From: Methylococcaceae bacterium
GTDB lineage: Bacteria > Pseudomonadota > Gammaproteobacteria > Methylococcales > Methylomonadaceae
Direction of reading: 5' to 3'
Length of the DNA: 50,441 nt
NCBI GenBank assembly: GCA_947506155.1
Contig: CANNNV010000001.1
Span: 1-50,441, forward strand
The notes under the pieces are model-generated. The model was not told where the DNA came from. It saw only the letters and a program-made list of their open reading frames with translations, and ran no database searches. Position numbers and translations under genes: made by a program. This document shows, piece by piece, positions 19,854 to 28,948 of this stretch (its first letter is position 1; each line of letters starts with the position of its first letter).

Positions 19854-21450
19854 CATAAAAGCGGGCAGCATCTACAAGATGTCGTTTCCATTTACCGATT
19901 TTACCCAAGTCAAAGCACGCCCGGCGTTGGCCTTGACCGATAGCGATGTTTACGGCGATGCACGGTTTGTTTTTATTACAGCCACAGCGCCAGATGCCTC
20001 TGAACAAGCCATTACGCTTGAGCAGGACGATTTTTCCGGCACACCGTTACCGCTGCAATGCTATCTTCGTCTGGATAAATCCGTGCTTCTTCATCAGTCC
20101 CTGGTGATCAAACCGTGGGCAAGTCTCACCGATACAGCGATGGCCAGAGTATACCGGGCGATCATTGCGGATGACGTGACCGGCTTCGATAGATTTGGCA
20201 ATACCCGGCAAAACTTCATCCCTGGCCAAAGCGTGATTCCCCCTTCGGGCAAGGTCATCGGCGTAGCAGAACGGCAACTGATGGTCGAAGCCTCGCTAGA
20301 CGGCTGGCTGACTACTGGCCGCTTCAATACTGAATTTGAAAAAAAGCTGGCGGCTTTCATCGGCGTCAAGCACTTGATCACCGTCAACTCGGGGTCTTCA
20401 GCCAACTTGGTTGCGTTTAGCACGTTGACATCTCCCAAGCTGGGCGACCGCGCTATCAAGCCGGGCGATGAAGTCATCGGTGTCGCCGCAGGCTTTCCAA
20501 CTACGGTTAATCCCATTCTTCAATTTGGCGCAGTGCCGGTATTTGTGGATGTGGACCCTAGAACACACAATATCGACGCCAGCAAGATAGAAGCTGCGAT
20601 TGGACCCAAAACCAAAGCCATTATGCTGGCCCATTCGCTGGGCAACCCGTTCAACCTTGATGTGGTTACGGCGCTGTGCGAAAAATACAAGCTCTGGTTA
20701 GTGGAAGATTGCTGCGACGCCTTGGGTACCACGTATCGCGGCAAGATGGTCGGCACTTTTGGCGACATAGGCACCTTAAGTTTTTACCCTGCCCATCACA
20801 TTACCATGGGGGAGGGCGGTGCGGTATTTACCAACGATAAGAAACTCAAAAAGATAGCCGAGAGCTTCAGGGACTGGGGCAGGGATTGTTTTTGTCCGCC
20901 GGGAAAAGACAATTCCTGCGGCAAACGCTTTTGCTGGAAGCTGGGCGAACTGCCTAAAGGCTATGACCACAAGTACACCTACAGTCACCTCGGCTACAAC
21001 CTCAAAATTACTGACATGCAGGCGGCCTGTGGCGTGGCCCAGCTGGACAAGGCCGCGCAGTTCATTCAGGCTCGCAAGGACAACTTTGCTTTTCTAAAAG
21101 AACGTTTAAAAAGCTGCGAAGAATTTTTAACACTGCCCGAAGCGACCGAACATTCAGACCCGTCCTGGTTTGGCTTTCCGATCACGGTAAAGGAAAACAG
21201 CCCTGTTACACGTTTGGATTTACTGACTTATTTGGATCAACACAAAATCGGCTCGCGCCTATTGTTCGCCGGCAACCTGACCCGTCAGCCTTACATGATC
21301 GGCGCTAACTACCGCATCAGCGGTGATTTGACCCATACGGATAATGTAATGAACAACACTTTCTGGATAGGTGTGCAGCCGGCGTTAACCCAGGAGATGC
21401 TGGAATTTGCGGCTGGCAAGATTGAAAGCTATCTTGGTATTAACTCCTGA
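19843..21450 (+). CDS. rfbH: Fusion of PemK/MazF-like toxin domain and CDP-4-keto-6-deoxy-D-glucose 3-dehydrase RfbH/DdhC
   Basis: First ~110 aa '[24 protein letters not shown]...FVFITA...[10 protein letters not shown]' is PemK-like. Remainder has '[13 protein letters not shown]', '[12 protein letters not shown]', 'NSGSSANL', 'EDCCDALG', '[14 protein letters not shown]', 'RDWGRDCFC...C...C', '[15 protein letters not shown]'. No internal stop. GGAGG at 19829-19833 favours ATG 19843. Confidence 0.9.
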   Translation: MTCDIKAGSIYKMSFPFTDFTQVKARPALALTDSDVYGDARFVFITATAPDASEQAITLEQDDFSGTPLPLQCYLRLDKSVLLHQSLVIKPWASLTDTAMARVYRAIIADDVTGFDRFGNTRQNFIPGQSVIPPSGKVIGVAERQLMVEASLDGWLTTGRFNTEFEKKLAAFIGVKHLITVNSGSSANLVAFSTLTSPKLGDRAIKPGDEVIGVAAGFPTTVNPILQFGAVPVFVDVDPRTHNIDASKIEAAIGPKTKAIMLAHSLGNPFNLDVVTALCEKYKLWLVEDCCDALGTTYRGKMVGTFGDIGTLSFYPAHHITMGEGGAVFTNDKKLKKIAESFRDWGRDCFCPPGKDNSCGKRFCWKLGELPKGYDHKYTYSHLGYNLKITDMQAACGVAQLDKAAQFIQARKDNFAFLKERLKSCEEFLTLPEATEHSDPSWFGFPITVKENSPVTRLDLLTYLDQHKIGSRLLFAGNLTRQPYMIGANYRISGDLTHTDNVMNNTFWIGVQPALTQEMLEFAAGKIESYLGINS

Positions 21451-21462
21451 GCGGTACTGGTA

Positions 21463-22284
21463 ATGACTACCCCGAGCAGACTCTTTGACCCTAAAATGCT
21501 ACGCAAAACCGTTTTGGACATGGCTTATGCCGGCTCAACCGTTCATATCGGCTGTGCATTTTCGATTATTGAGCTGCTGGCCGTGTTGTACCGAAATCAT
21601 TTGCGCTATCCCGACAACGATCCATTTGCCGAGAGCCGTGATTACTTCATCCTCAGCAAAGGTCATGGGGTCATGGCTCAGTATGCCTGCCTGCGCGAAT
21701 TAGGTTGGCTTAAAGATGAGGCTTTCTCTGGTTATTTTGCCGATGGCAGTGATTTAAAAGGCTTATCTGATTCTCGCGTCCCAGGTTTGGAAGTAACTTC
21801 GGGTTCCTTGGGTCATGGTTATTCAGTGGGTGTTGGCATGGCGCTGGGGGCAAAGCTACGGGATACTAATCAAAAAACCTATGCCTTGGTTGGCGATGGT
21901 GAAATCAATGAAGGCCCGATTTGGGAGGGTGCTCTTTTTGCCGCACACCATCAGCTTAAAAACTTCATGGTGATTGTTGATGAAAACGGCTTTCAGGCCA
22001 TGGGTAGCACTGAAGAGGTGCTTAAACTGGGCTCAATACAGGCTAAATTTGAAAGCTTCGGTTTTGAAGCTGTAACCATTGATGGTCATGATCAAGCGGC
22101 CATTGACGGCGCTATCACCCAGCTTTGGGCCAGTGCTTTGACCTCACCGAAAGCACTGATCGCCAAAACAGTCAAAGGCAAAGGCGTGCCCTTTATGGAA
22201 AACAACAATATATGGCATTATACGCGACTTGATTCCGAAACTTACGCACAAGCCTTGACGGTCGTTGCCGGATGTGTGCAATGA
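21463..22284 (+). CDS. Transketolase N-terminal (ThDP-binding) subunit
   Basis: 'HIGCAFS', 'RDYFILSKGH', 'GSLGHG', 'GDGEINEG', 'TVKGKGVPFME...WH'. Confidence 0.9.
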   Translation: MTTPSRLFDPKMLRKTVLDMAYAGSTVHIGCAFSIIELLAVLYRNHLRYPDNDPFAESRDYFILSKGHGVMAQYACLRELGWLKDEAFSGYFADGSDLKGLSDSRVPGLEVTSGSLGHGYSVGVGMALGAKLRDTNQKTYALVGDGEINEGPIWEGALFAAHHQLKNFMVIVDENGFQAMGSTEEVLKLGSIQAKFESFGFEAVTIDGHDQAAIDGAITQLWASALTSPKALIAKTVKGKGVPFMENNNIWHYTRLDSETYAQALTVVAGCVQ

Positions 22285-23198
22285 GAGCGGCTTTTTCAGA
22301 AGCATTGGTTCGCCTTGCCAAGGCTGACCCCACTGTTTTGCTGCTGACGGGTGATCATGGTTACGCCTTGTTTGATGATTTTCGCAGAGCATGTCCTGCG
22401 CAATACATTAATGCTGGGATTGCTGAACAAAACATGGTGGGCATGGCGGCGGGTTTAGCGAGGGTTGGTTTCAGACCTTTCGTTTATGGTTTGGCGGCGT
22501 TCATCCCTGTGCGCGTAGTCGAGCAGATAAAGCTGGATGTAGCTCATGACCAGTTGCCGGTTATTTTTATTGGTGATGGCGCTGGGTTTGTCTATAGCCA
22601 CCTTGGTACCAGCCATCAATCGACCGAAGATATTGCCTGCACTCGAGCAATACCCAATTTATCGGTCTATTCTCCGGCAGACCGGTTTGAACTGACCGCA
22701 TGTATGGAAATGGCTTACCACTCGAAATCTGCTGTTTATTTGCGCATGGGAAAATCCGATCGCGGCGACGTTCATGTTGCCGTGCCGCAAGTAACAGCGG
22801 GGAGTTTATTGCAGGCCAAGTCTGGAAAAGCTAACGATATCGCTTTCATTGCTACCGGAGCCTTGGTACGTACAGCTCTTGATATTGCCGCAGACTCTTA
22901 TCCCGACGCGACCGTTTGGAGTGCTCCTTTTATCAAACCGCTGGATAATGAGCAAGTTACGGCTATCTGTAAACAGCATCGGGGCATTGTTGTGCTTGAA
23001 GAGCATTCCGTATTGGGCGGCCTAGGTTCTGCGATCGCCGAAATTGCGTCTGAATTTGCGCCGGTGCGGATATTGAGGATTGGCGTTAATGATCGCTACT
23101 CCGAGCACTGCGGCACTTACGAATATTTACTGAAAGAGCACGGTTTGGATCGCTTGACCATTGAGCTGAGAGTTCATGACTTCCTCACCGCGAATTAA
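22281..23198 (+). CDS. Transketolase C-terminal subunit
   Basis: 'NAGIAEQNMVGMAAGLA', 'GTSHQSTED', 'VYLRMGK', 'EEHSVLGGLGS'. ATGA overlap at 22281. Confidence 0.9.
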   Translation: MRAAFSEALVRLAKADPTVLLLTGDHGYALFDDFRRACPAQYINAGIAEQNMVGMAAGLARVGFRPFVYGLAAFIPVRVVEQIKLDVAHDQLPVIFIGDGAGFVYSHLGTSHQSTEDIACTRAIPNLSVYSPADRFELTACMEMAYHSKSAVYLRMGKSDRGDVHVAVPQVTAGSLLQAKSGKANDIAFIATGALVRTALDIAADSYPDATVWSAPFIKPLDNEQVTAICKQHRGIVVLEEHSVLGGLGSAIAEIASEFAPVRILRIGVNDRYSEHCGTYEYLLKEHGLDRLTIELRVHDFLTAN

Positions 23199-24633
23199 GC
23201 CATTCGTTATGCCAATACACCCTTTAAGCTCAGCCCCTGACGCAGATGACTATTTCCGTAACCTAATTCAACAGGGCGAGAGCGCTCGAGTCGAATTTAA
23301 AACCAGTTTTCAGAAAGAGCTTATTGAAACATTGGTTGCTTTCGCCAATTCCAAAGGTGGCGTGGTGTTGGTCGGGGTAAGCGATGCAGGTCAAATCACG
23401 GGTGTTGATATTAAAGCGGAAACTCTGCAAGGTTGGGTGAACCAATGCAAGCAGAATACTACTCCCAGCGTTATTCCTGATATTGAAGTTATCGTGCTTG
23501 ACGGTAAAACAGTGGCGATTATCAGTGTAGATGAATATCCAATTAAACCTGTAGCGTGCAAAGGCCGCTACTTTAAGCGCATCGGCAATGCGAATCATCA
23601 AATGTCGCCAACGGAAATCTCCGATGCGCACATCAAGCTGATCAACTCAAGTTGGGATTACCACCCTGATCCTGTTCATGGAATCGACAGCATCTCTCAC
23701 ACTAAGGTTCAATCCTTTGCTGCTGCGCTTTCGCTTAAAGCCTCTTTTTCGACGGTGCTCGAAAAGTTTGAACTCATCAAGGATGGTCACCCCACTTTCG
23801 GTTGTCATTTGTTATTTTCAAAAAATGATGTGTTGCTCAGCACCATTGAAGCGGGGCGGTTTGCAACGCAAACTGTCATCAAAGATAGCATAACCAGTAA
23901 AGATTCATTGATCGAACAAGTTACACGGATTATGGATTTTATCCTCAAGCACACAAACAAAGCCTATATCATTACCGGCAATCCAAAAAGAGAAGAGCGT
24001 TGGGATTATCCTATGGATGCCATTCGTGAAATAGTGATTAATATGATTGTCCACCGAGACTATCGCAGCGCCAATGATTCAACCATTAAGATTTTTGACG
24101 AACGCATTGAGTTTTTTAACCCCGGCGCTCTGCTTGAAGACTTGACGGTTGAAAAGATAAAATCGGGCAACTACAAATCCCATTTGCGTAACAAGCAGAT
24201 CGCTTCCATTTTTAAAGAGCTTGATCTGATAGAGAAGTATGGCAGTGGCGTGCGCCGGGCAATTGAAACCTTTGTAGCGTATGGCTTGCCTGAGCCGGAG
24301 TACGAAGCAACGCAGGGTGGAATGGCCGTAACCGTTTTCAAAAAACCATATAATAATGGTCAAGATAACCTTATCGAATCAAATGGCGGTGTAAGTGGCG
24401 GTGTAAGTGGCGGTGTAAGTGGCGGTGTAAGTGGCGGTGTAACCGAACTACTCCTTTATATACAATTACACCCAGGTCAACGAGCCAGTGACATTGCTAA
24501 AGGGCTTAATTTACCCCTACGGACTATTGAACGTTGGCTTAAGAAACTTAAAGAAACTAAAGTCATTGAATTTCGTGGTGCTTCAAAAACGGGCGGCTAT
24601 TTTGCGACAACTAAAGTAGAGACATCAAAATAA
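23176..24633 (+). CDS. Schlafen/AlbA_2 domain + HATPase_c_4 (RecG C-terminal-like) + C-terminal winged HTH protein
   Basis: 'GESARVEFK...LVAFANSKGGVVLVGVSD.G.ITG' (AlbA_2); 'YPMDAIREIVINMIVHRDY', 'IEFFNPG', 'RNKQIA.IF...IEKYGSGV'; HTH 'IAKGLNLPLRTIERWLKKL...GASKTGGY'. Alternative start 23209. Confidence 0.85.
   Translation: MTSSPRIKPFVMPIHPLSSAPDADDYFRNLIQQGESARVEFKTSFQKELIETLVAFANSKGGVVLVGVSDAGQITGVDIKAETLQGWVNQCKQNTTPSVIPDIEVIVLDGKTVAIISVDEYPIKPVACKGRYFKRIGNANHQMSPTEISDAHIKLINSSWDYHPDPVHGIDSISHTKVQSFAAALSLKASFSTVLEKFELIKDGHPTFGCHLLFSKNDVLLSTIEAGRFATQTVIKDSITSKDSLIEQVTRIMDFILKHTNKAYIITGNPKREERWDYPMDAIREIVINMIVHRDYRSANDSTIKIFDERIEFFNPGALLEDLTVEKIKSGNYKSHLRNKQIASIFKELDLIEKYGSGVRRAIETFVAYGLPEPEYEATQGGMAVTVFKKPYNNGQDNLIESNGGVSGGVSGGVSGGVSGGVTELLLYIQLHPGQRASDIAKGLNLPLRTIERWLKKLKETKVIEFRGASKTGGYFATTKVETSK
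24385..24442 (+). repeat. In-frame 12-bp tandem repeat (GGCGGTGTAAGT) x ~4.8 encoding GGVS
   Basis: Four perfect units plus 10 bp, in the linker before the HTH. Confidence 0.95.
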
Positions 24634-25595
24634 TGAAAATAGCTATTCTCGGTGCCACCAGCCAAATTGCAAAAGATTTGATGGTAGCCTTTTCCAAACA
24701 AGACCGTCATGAATTAGTCCTCTTTGCCCGCCGTCCAGAGATCGTGACGCAATGGCTAGCCAGTGTGGGTTTGTCAGGACGATACGCTGTCTCGGATTTC
24801 GCAGGGTTCAGTACAAAGGTACATTTTGATGCTATCTTAAATTTTGTGGGCGTAGGTGATCCGGCTCAAGCAGCGGCGATGGGTGCATCCATCTTTGATG
24901 TAACCTTAAAATACGATCAAATGGCCTTGAGTTATTTAGATCGCCATCCGCTATGTCGCTATATCTTTCTAAGTAGCGGAGCTGCGTATGGCTCCAGTTT
25001 TGACGCACCTGTTGATGAAAACACCAAGGCGATGGTTGCTATTAATAACCTGCAACAGCAAGATTGGTATGCCGTGGCAAAATTACATGCCGAGTGTCGG
25101 CATCGCTCACAGCCTGAATTATCCATCATCGATATACGCGTATTCAATTATTTCAGTCGCACCCAAGATATGTCAGCACGGTTTTTAATTACCGATATAC
25201 TACGCGCCATTCGTCATGAAACGGTGCTGAAAACATCATCTGACTACATGGTGCGTGACTACATTCATCCTTCTGACTTTTATAAGCTGGTGATCGCGTT
25301 ATTAACGTCACCGGCAACCAATGCGGTGGTTGATTGTTATAGCAAAGCTTCTGTTGATAAACCAACTTTATTGGCTACTATGCAGGAACAATATGGGCTA
25401 CAGTACGAAATTGTTTCCACGGCTATCGCTATCAATGCAACTGGCAGCAAGCCTTATTACTATTCGCAAAATACCAGAGCTGCAGATTTTGGTTATCTGC
25501 CGACTATGACATCACTTGAAGGGGTTATAGAAGAGATGAATGCACTGTTACTGGCAGATATTAAGCTTAGCGATATAGGAATGATGAACGCTTGA
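24633..25595 (+). CDS. NAD-dependent epimerase/dehydratase (sugar-nucleotide reductase-like)
   Basis: 'ILGATSQIA', 'FLSSGAAYG', catalytic 'YAVAK', 'RDYIHP.D'. Confidence 0.85.
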   Translation: MKIAILGATSQIAKDLMVAFSKQDRHELVLFARRPEIVTQWLASVGLSGRYAVSDFAGFSTKVHFDAILNFVGVGDPAQAAAMGASIFDVTLKYDQMALSYLDRHPLCRYIFLSSGAAYGSSFDAPVDENTKAMVAINNLQQQDWYAVAKLHAECRHRSQPELSIIDIRVFNYFSRTQDMSARFLITDILRAIRHETVLKTSSDYMVRDYIHPSDFYKLVIALLTSPATNAVVDCYSKASVDKPTLLATMQEQYGLQYEIVSTAIAINATGSKPYYYSQNTRAADFGYLPTMTSLEGVIEEMNALLLADIKLSDIGMMNA

Positions 25596-25677
25596 GGCAC
25601 CAGCTACTGGCATGTTCGTTAATATTAGGCGCCGCTCCGCATTTTTCACATCCTTTGATCACATTAGGCTTACTTAA

Positions 25678-26610
25678 ATGAAATTTCTCGATATAAAAAC
25701 AGATTTTGCTTTTAAAAAAGTTTTTGGCAGTGATGAGTCAAAAGATCTGCTGATCAGCTTTTTAAATTCAGTAATTGAGTTTGATAACCGGCAAACAATA
25801 ACCGATTTAACCATTGTTGACCCTTACAGCATTCCTTTATTGAAAGGCATGAAAGACACTTATGTCGATGTAAAAGCAGAACTGAGTGATAGCACTCGCG
25901 TCATTATAGAAATGCAAGTCCTGAACCATGAAGGTCTGGAAAAAAGAATCCTCTACAATGCCGCTAAAAACTATTCTGTTCAGTTAAAAAAAGGGGATGC
26001 TTACCACTTACTTAACCCCGTTATTGCCTTAACCATCACCGATTTTACCTTGTTTAAAAACAGTGATGAACTCATTAACCGGTTTAAATTACTCGAAAAA
26101 AAGCGTTTCATTGAATACAGCGACGACATAGAACTGATTTTTATCGAACTGCCAAAATTCAATAAAATCGAAGGAGAACTGATCAGCATTCAGGATAAAT
26201 GGCTGTATTTTATTAAAAATGCCGGCAGCCTGGATTACATCCCTAAAAATCTAAATCAAGAACTGGAAAAAGCCTTTAATATCGCCAACGAAGCAAATCT
26301 TAGCGAAGAAGAACTGGATCTTCAGCATAAAAAGAGAGATTGGATTTATATTCAAAAAAGTTCAATCGACTTGGCCACAAAAACAGGGTTGCAACAAGGA
26401 TTAGAGCAAGGATTAGAGCAAGGATTAGAGCAAGGATTAGAGCAAGGATTAGAGCAAGGATTAGAGCAAGGATTAGAGCAAGGCGAATGGAAGGCGAAAA
26501 TGAAAATAATAGAAAATGCCGCACGAATAGGCTTGCCCATGCAGACTATTATTGAACTTACAGGACTTGATGAAGAAAAAGTCCTGTCATTGTTGCCGAA
26601 AAATAAATGA
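25678..26610 (+). CDS. Rpn family PD-(D/E)XK nuclease (PDDEXK_2 / putative transposase)
   Basis: 'FLDIKTDFAFKKVFG', 'LISFLN', 'DVKA...IIEMQ', 'KRILYN', 'FIELPKF', 'DKWLYF', GLEQ repeats and C-terminal small HTH. Confidence 0.88.
   Translation: MKFLDIKTDFAFKKVFGSDESKDLLISFLNSVIEFDNRQTITDLTIVDPYSIPLLKGMKDTYVDVKAELSDSTRVIIEMQVLNHEGLEKRILYNAAKNYSVQLKKGDAYHLLNPVIALTITDFTLFKNSDELINRFKLLEKKRFIEYSDDIELIFIELPKFNKIEGELISIQDKWLYFIKNAGSLDYIPKNLNQELEKAFNIANEANLSEEELDLQHKKRDWIYIQKSSIDLATKTGLQQGLEQGLEQGLEQGLEQGLEQGLEQGLEQGEWKAKMKIIENAARIGLPMQTIIELTGLDEEKVLSLLPKNK
26395..26483 (+). repeat. In-frame 12-bp tandem repeat (CAAGGATTAGAG) x7 + 5 bp encoding GLEQ
   Basis: Seven perfect units read directly. Confidence 0.95.
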
Positions 26611-26912
26611 GACTAACCCTAGATCAACAATCCGCCATACGAAGCACAGTTGCAGAAACCTTTGGTGATGAAGCAAGCATTTGGCTATTTGGTTCACGGG
26701 TAGATGATAACAAACGTGGTGGAGATATTGATTTGCTAATTGAAACAAAGCAATCAGATGTCGCAGCGATAGTCCGTGCAGAATTGGCTTTTGTAACGAA
26801 ATTACAAATGAAACTGGGGGAACAAAAAATAGATGTGTTGGTAGATTACCCTACACGCCATTACACGCCTCCTATTTTTACCATTGCCAAGCAAACAGGC
26901 ATCCGCTTATGA
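26607..26912 (+). CDS. Minimal nucleotidyltransferase (MNT/MntA-like antitoxin)
   Basis: 101 aa; 'LFGSRVDDNKRGGDIDLLI' (GS...DxD), 'KIDVLV'. Confidence 0.88.
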   Translation: MRLTLDQQSAIRSTVAETFGDEASIWLFGSRVDDNKRGGDIDLLIETKQSDVAAIVRAELAFVTKLQMKLGEQKIDVLVDYPTRHYTPPIFTIAKQTGIRL

Positions 26913-27427
26913 GTCATGATATTCCGTTGTTGCAACTACAGGATGCCTGGCGCCAATGCGAACGGCATATTTATCATCTGTTCCACGCCATGTTGTCCAT
27001 CCGCACCTTCTGTCCGCTGACCGACAAGACGTATACGAACCTTACCGATGAGCAGGTACAGGATGTGGATCAGTTTATTCTGCGCTACACCAAGTTGCAG
27101 GATACAATGGGCAGTCGACTGTTTCCTGCAATCCTGGGCTATCTGAACGAGCAATTTGAAGATCGCCCGATGCTTGATAAGCTCAATAGACTGGAAAAGT
27201 TGGGTTTTATTGACAGTGTCGAACAGTGGGAGACAGTTCGCAATATTCGCAACAAGTTTGCCCATGATTATCCAGACGATTCTAACAAAAATGCAGCGCA
27301 TTTGAATTTTGCTTTAGAATCAGTCAGTGTTTTATATGTCATGTTAACCACTATCAGCACCCGATTAAACACTGCGTATCCTTTGCTTGAACTGGGCAAA
27401 GCGCTGCCAGCGTATCCACAGGATTAG
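26909..27427 (+). CDS. HEPN domain RNase (HepT-like toxin)
   Basis: RX4H motif 'RNKFAH(DYP)'; 'DQFILRYTKLQDTMG', 'DKLNRLEKLG'. ATGA overlap with the MNT gene. Confidence 0.82.
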   Translation: MSHDIPLLQLQDAWRQCERHIYHLFHAMLSIRTFCPLTDKTYTNLTDEQVQDVDQFILRYTKLQDTMGSRLFPAILGYLNEQFEDRPMLDKLNRLEKLGFIDSVEQWETVRNIRNKFAHDYPDDSNKNAAHLNFALESVSVLYVMLTTISTRLNTAYPLLELGKALPAYPQD

Positions 27428-27574
27428 CTACTGTGGTTTAAGTGCTTTTTAATCGAGTTTGGCCCTTAATTCTCAATATGACTTCGTTTATGATTTTTTG
27501 TAGTAAATTTTTTGACAAGCTAATGCAATTGCCAAACTCAGTTCAGGTAGGTCGCAGTTGAGCATAATTCCCTT

Positions 27575-28948
27575 GTGAAAAATTTTCTCCGCTACATGGG
27601 TATTGATCAGGCCATTATTTACACCTTGGCTGGTCGAGGCTGGGGATTGTTTTCCGGCATAGTGATGTTGTTTTTAGTCGTTCGTTATCTGACGCCCGAT
27701 CAGCAAGGCTATTACTACACTTTCGCAAGCATTTTGGCCATGCAGATATTTTTTGAGCTAGGCATGAGTTATGTGGTGATGCAATTTGCCAGTCACGAAA
27801 TGGCTGGTTTGACATGGTCAAACACCGGGACTATCGAAGGAGAGGCAACGGCAAAAAGTCGACTTCATTCATTGCTGGTGCTGGTGCTGAAATGGTATGG
27901 AGTGATAGCCATATTGCTGCTGGTGGTGATACTGCCAGTCGGCTGGCTATTTTTTTCGATGAACCCGGCCCCTACAGAAGTGCATTGGAAAGCTGCCTGG
28001 CTATGGTTGGTCATCACCGCCGCCGTAAATATTTTTGTCATGCCGTTGCTGGCCTTATTGGAAGGTTGTGGCCGCGTTATGGAAGTCGCTCGATTAAGAA
28101 TGTATCAAAGTATGATCGGCAGTTTACTGGCCTGGACGGTTTTAGTTTTAGGCGGAGGCTTGCTGGCTATTCCGGCGATGAATGCAGGCCTGGCCATTAC
28201 CGTGCTGGTCTGGCTGTGGCGTACCCAACGCGTGTTTTTTAAAAACTTGTTTGTCCATCCGGCAGCGGGTACAGGCATTCAGTGGAAATCCGAGATTTGG
28301 CCTTTCCAGTGGAGAATCGCCTTAAGCTGGCTGAGCGGCTATTTTATATTTCAGCTATTTACCCCGGTTTTGTTTGCTTACCGTGGCGCTGTGGAGGCAG
28401 GGCAAATGGGTATGAGCATTGCGATCGCCAATGCACTTATGAGTATTGCGATGGCGTGGATGAATACCAAGGTACCCGGATTCGGAGCTTTAGTTGCCAA
28501 GCGGGATTATCGTAAGTTGGATCAAGTCTTCGGTTTTATCTTATCCCGATCGCTTGGCGTCATGGTTGTTGGAGGGGTAATGTTATCAGCCATCAATTAT
28601 TTCATTCATATAAATCCTGTTCCGTTTGTAGACCGGATACTTGAGCCCTTGTCCTTCACATTCCTGATGCTGGCAACCATATTAAATTATGTGAACTATG
28701 CCCAGGCTGCCTATTTAAGAGCGCATAAGGAAGAACCTTTTATGTGGATTAGCCTGGTGAGTGCGGTATTTATTGGAGCGCTCACTTTTGCTTTGGGCCA
28801 AGAATATGGTGCAATAGGCATTATGTCCGGTTATTTGGCGGTATGCAGCAGCATCGGGTTTGGTTGGGGCAGCTGGATATTTTTTTCAAAGCGGCGAGCG
28901 TGGCAAAAACAGTCTGGGCGGGAAGTAGCCAGTGAAGGAAGGCTGTAA
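27575..28948 (+). CDS. wzx: O-antigen flippase (Wzx-like)
   Basis: About 12 hydrophobic segments; 'LTPDQQGYYYTFASI...FELG', 'WPFQWRIALSWLSGYFIFQ'; position in a polysaccharide locus. Confidence 0.8.
   Translation: MKNFLRYMGIDQAIIYTLAGRGWGLFSGIVMLFLVVRYLTPDQQGYYYTFASILAMQIFFELGMSYVVMQFASHEMAGLTWSNTGTIEGEATAKSRLHSLLVLVLKWYGVIAILLLVVILPVGWLFFSMNPAPTEVHWKAAWLWLVITAAVNIFVMPLLALLEGCGRVMEVARLRMYQSMIGSLLAWTVLVLGGGLLAIPAMNAGLAITVLVWLWRTQRVFFKNLFVHPAAGTGIQWKSEIWPFQWRIALSWLSGYFIFQLFTPVLFAYRGAVEAGQMGMSIAIANALMSIAMAWMNTKVPGFGALVAKRDYRKLDQVFGFILSRSLGVMVVGGVMLSAINYFIHINPVPFVDRILEPLSFTFLMLATILNYVNYAQAAYLRAHKEEPFMWISLVSAVFIGALTFALGQEYGAIGIMSGYLAVCSSIGFGWGSWIFFSKRRAWQKQSGREVASEGRL

Noticed and set aside
25596-25677. 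ATTAGGC motifs before the Rpn gene as a possible integron attC site
   Set aside because: No RYYYAAC...GTTRRRY paired core or extended palindrome, and no integrase.
24385-26483. Tandem repeats as a possible CRISPR array
   Set aside because: 12-bp units with no spacers, in frame within proteins; no cas genes in the window.
26300-26555. ORFs with repeats ILAL, ARIR and SNPC
   Set aside because: Alternative-frame and antisense readings of the 12-bp GLEQ repeat inside the Rpn gene.
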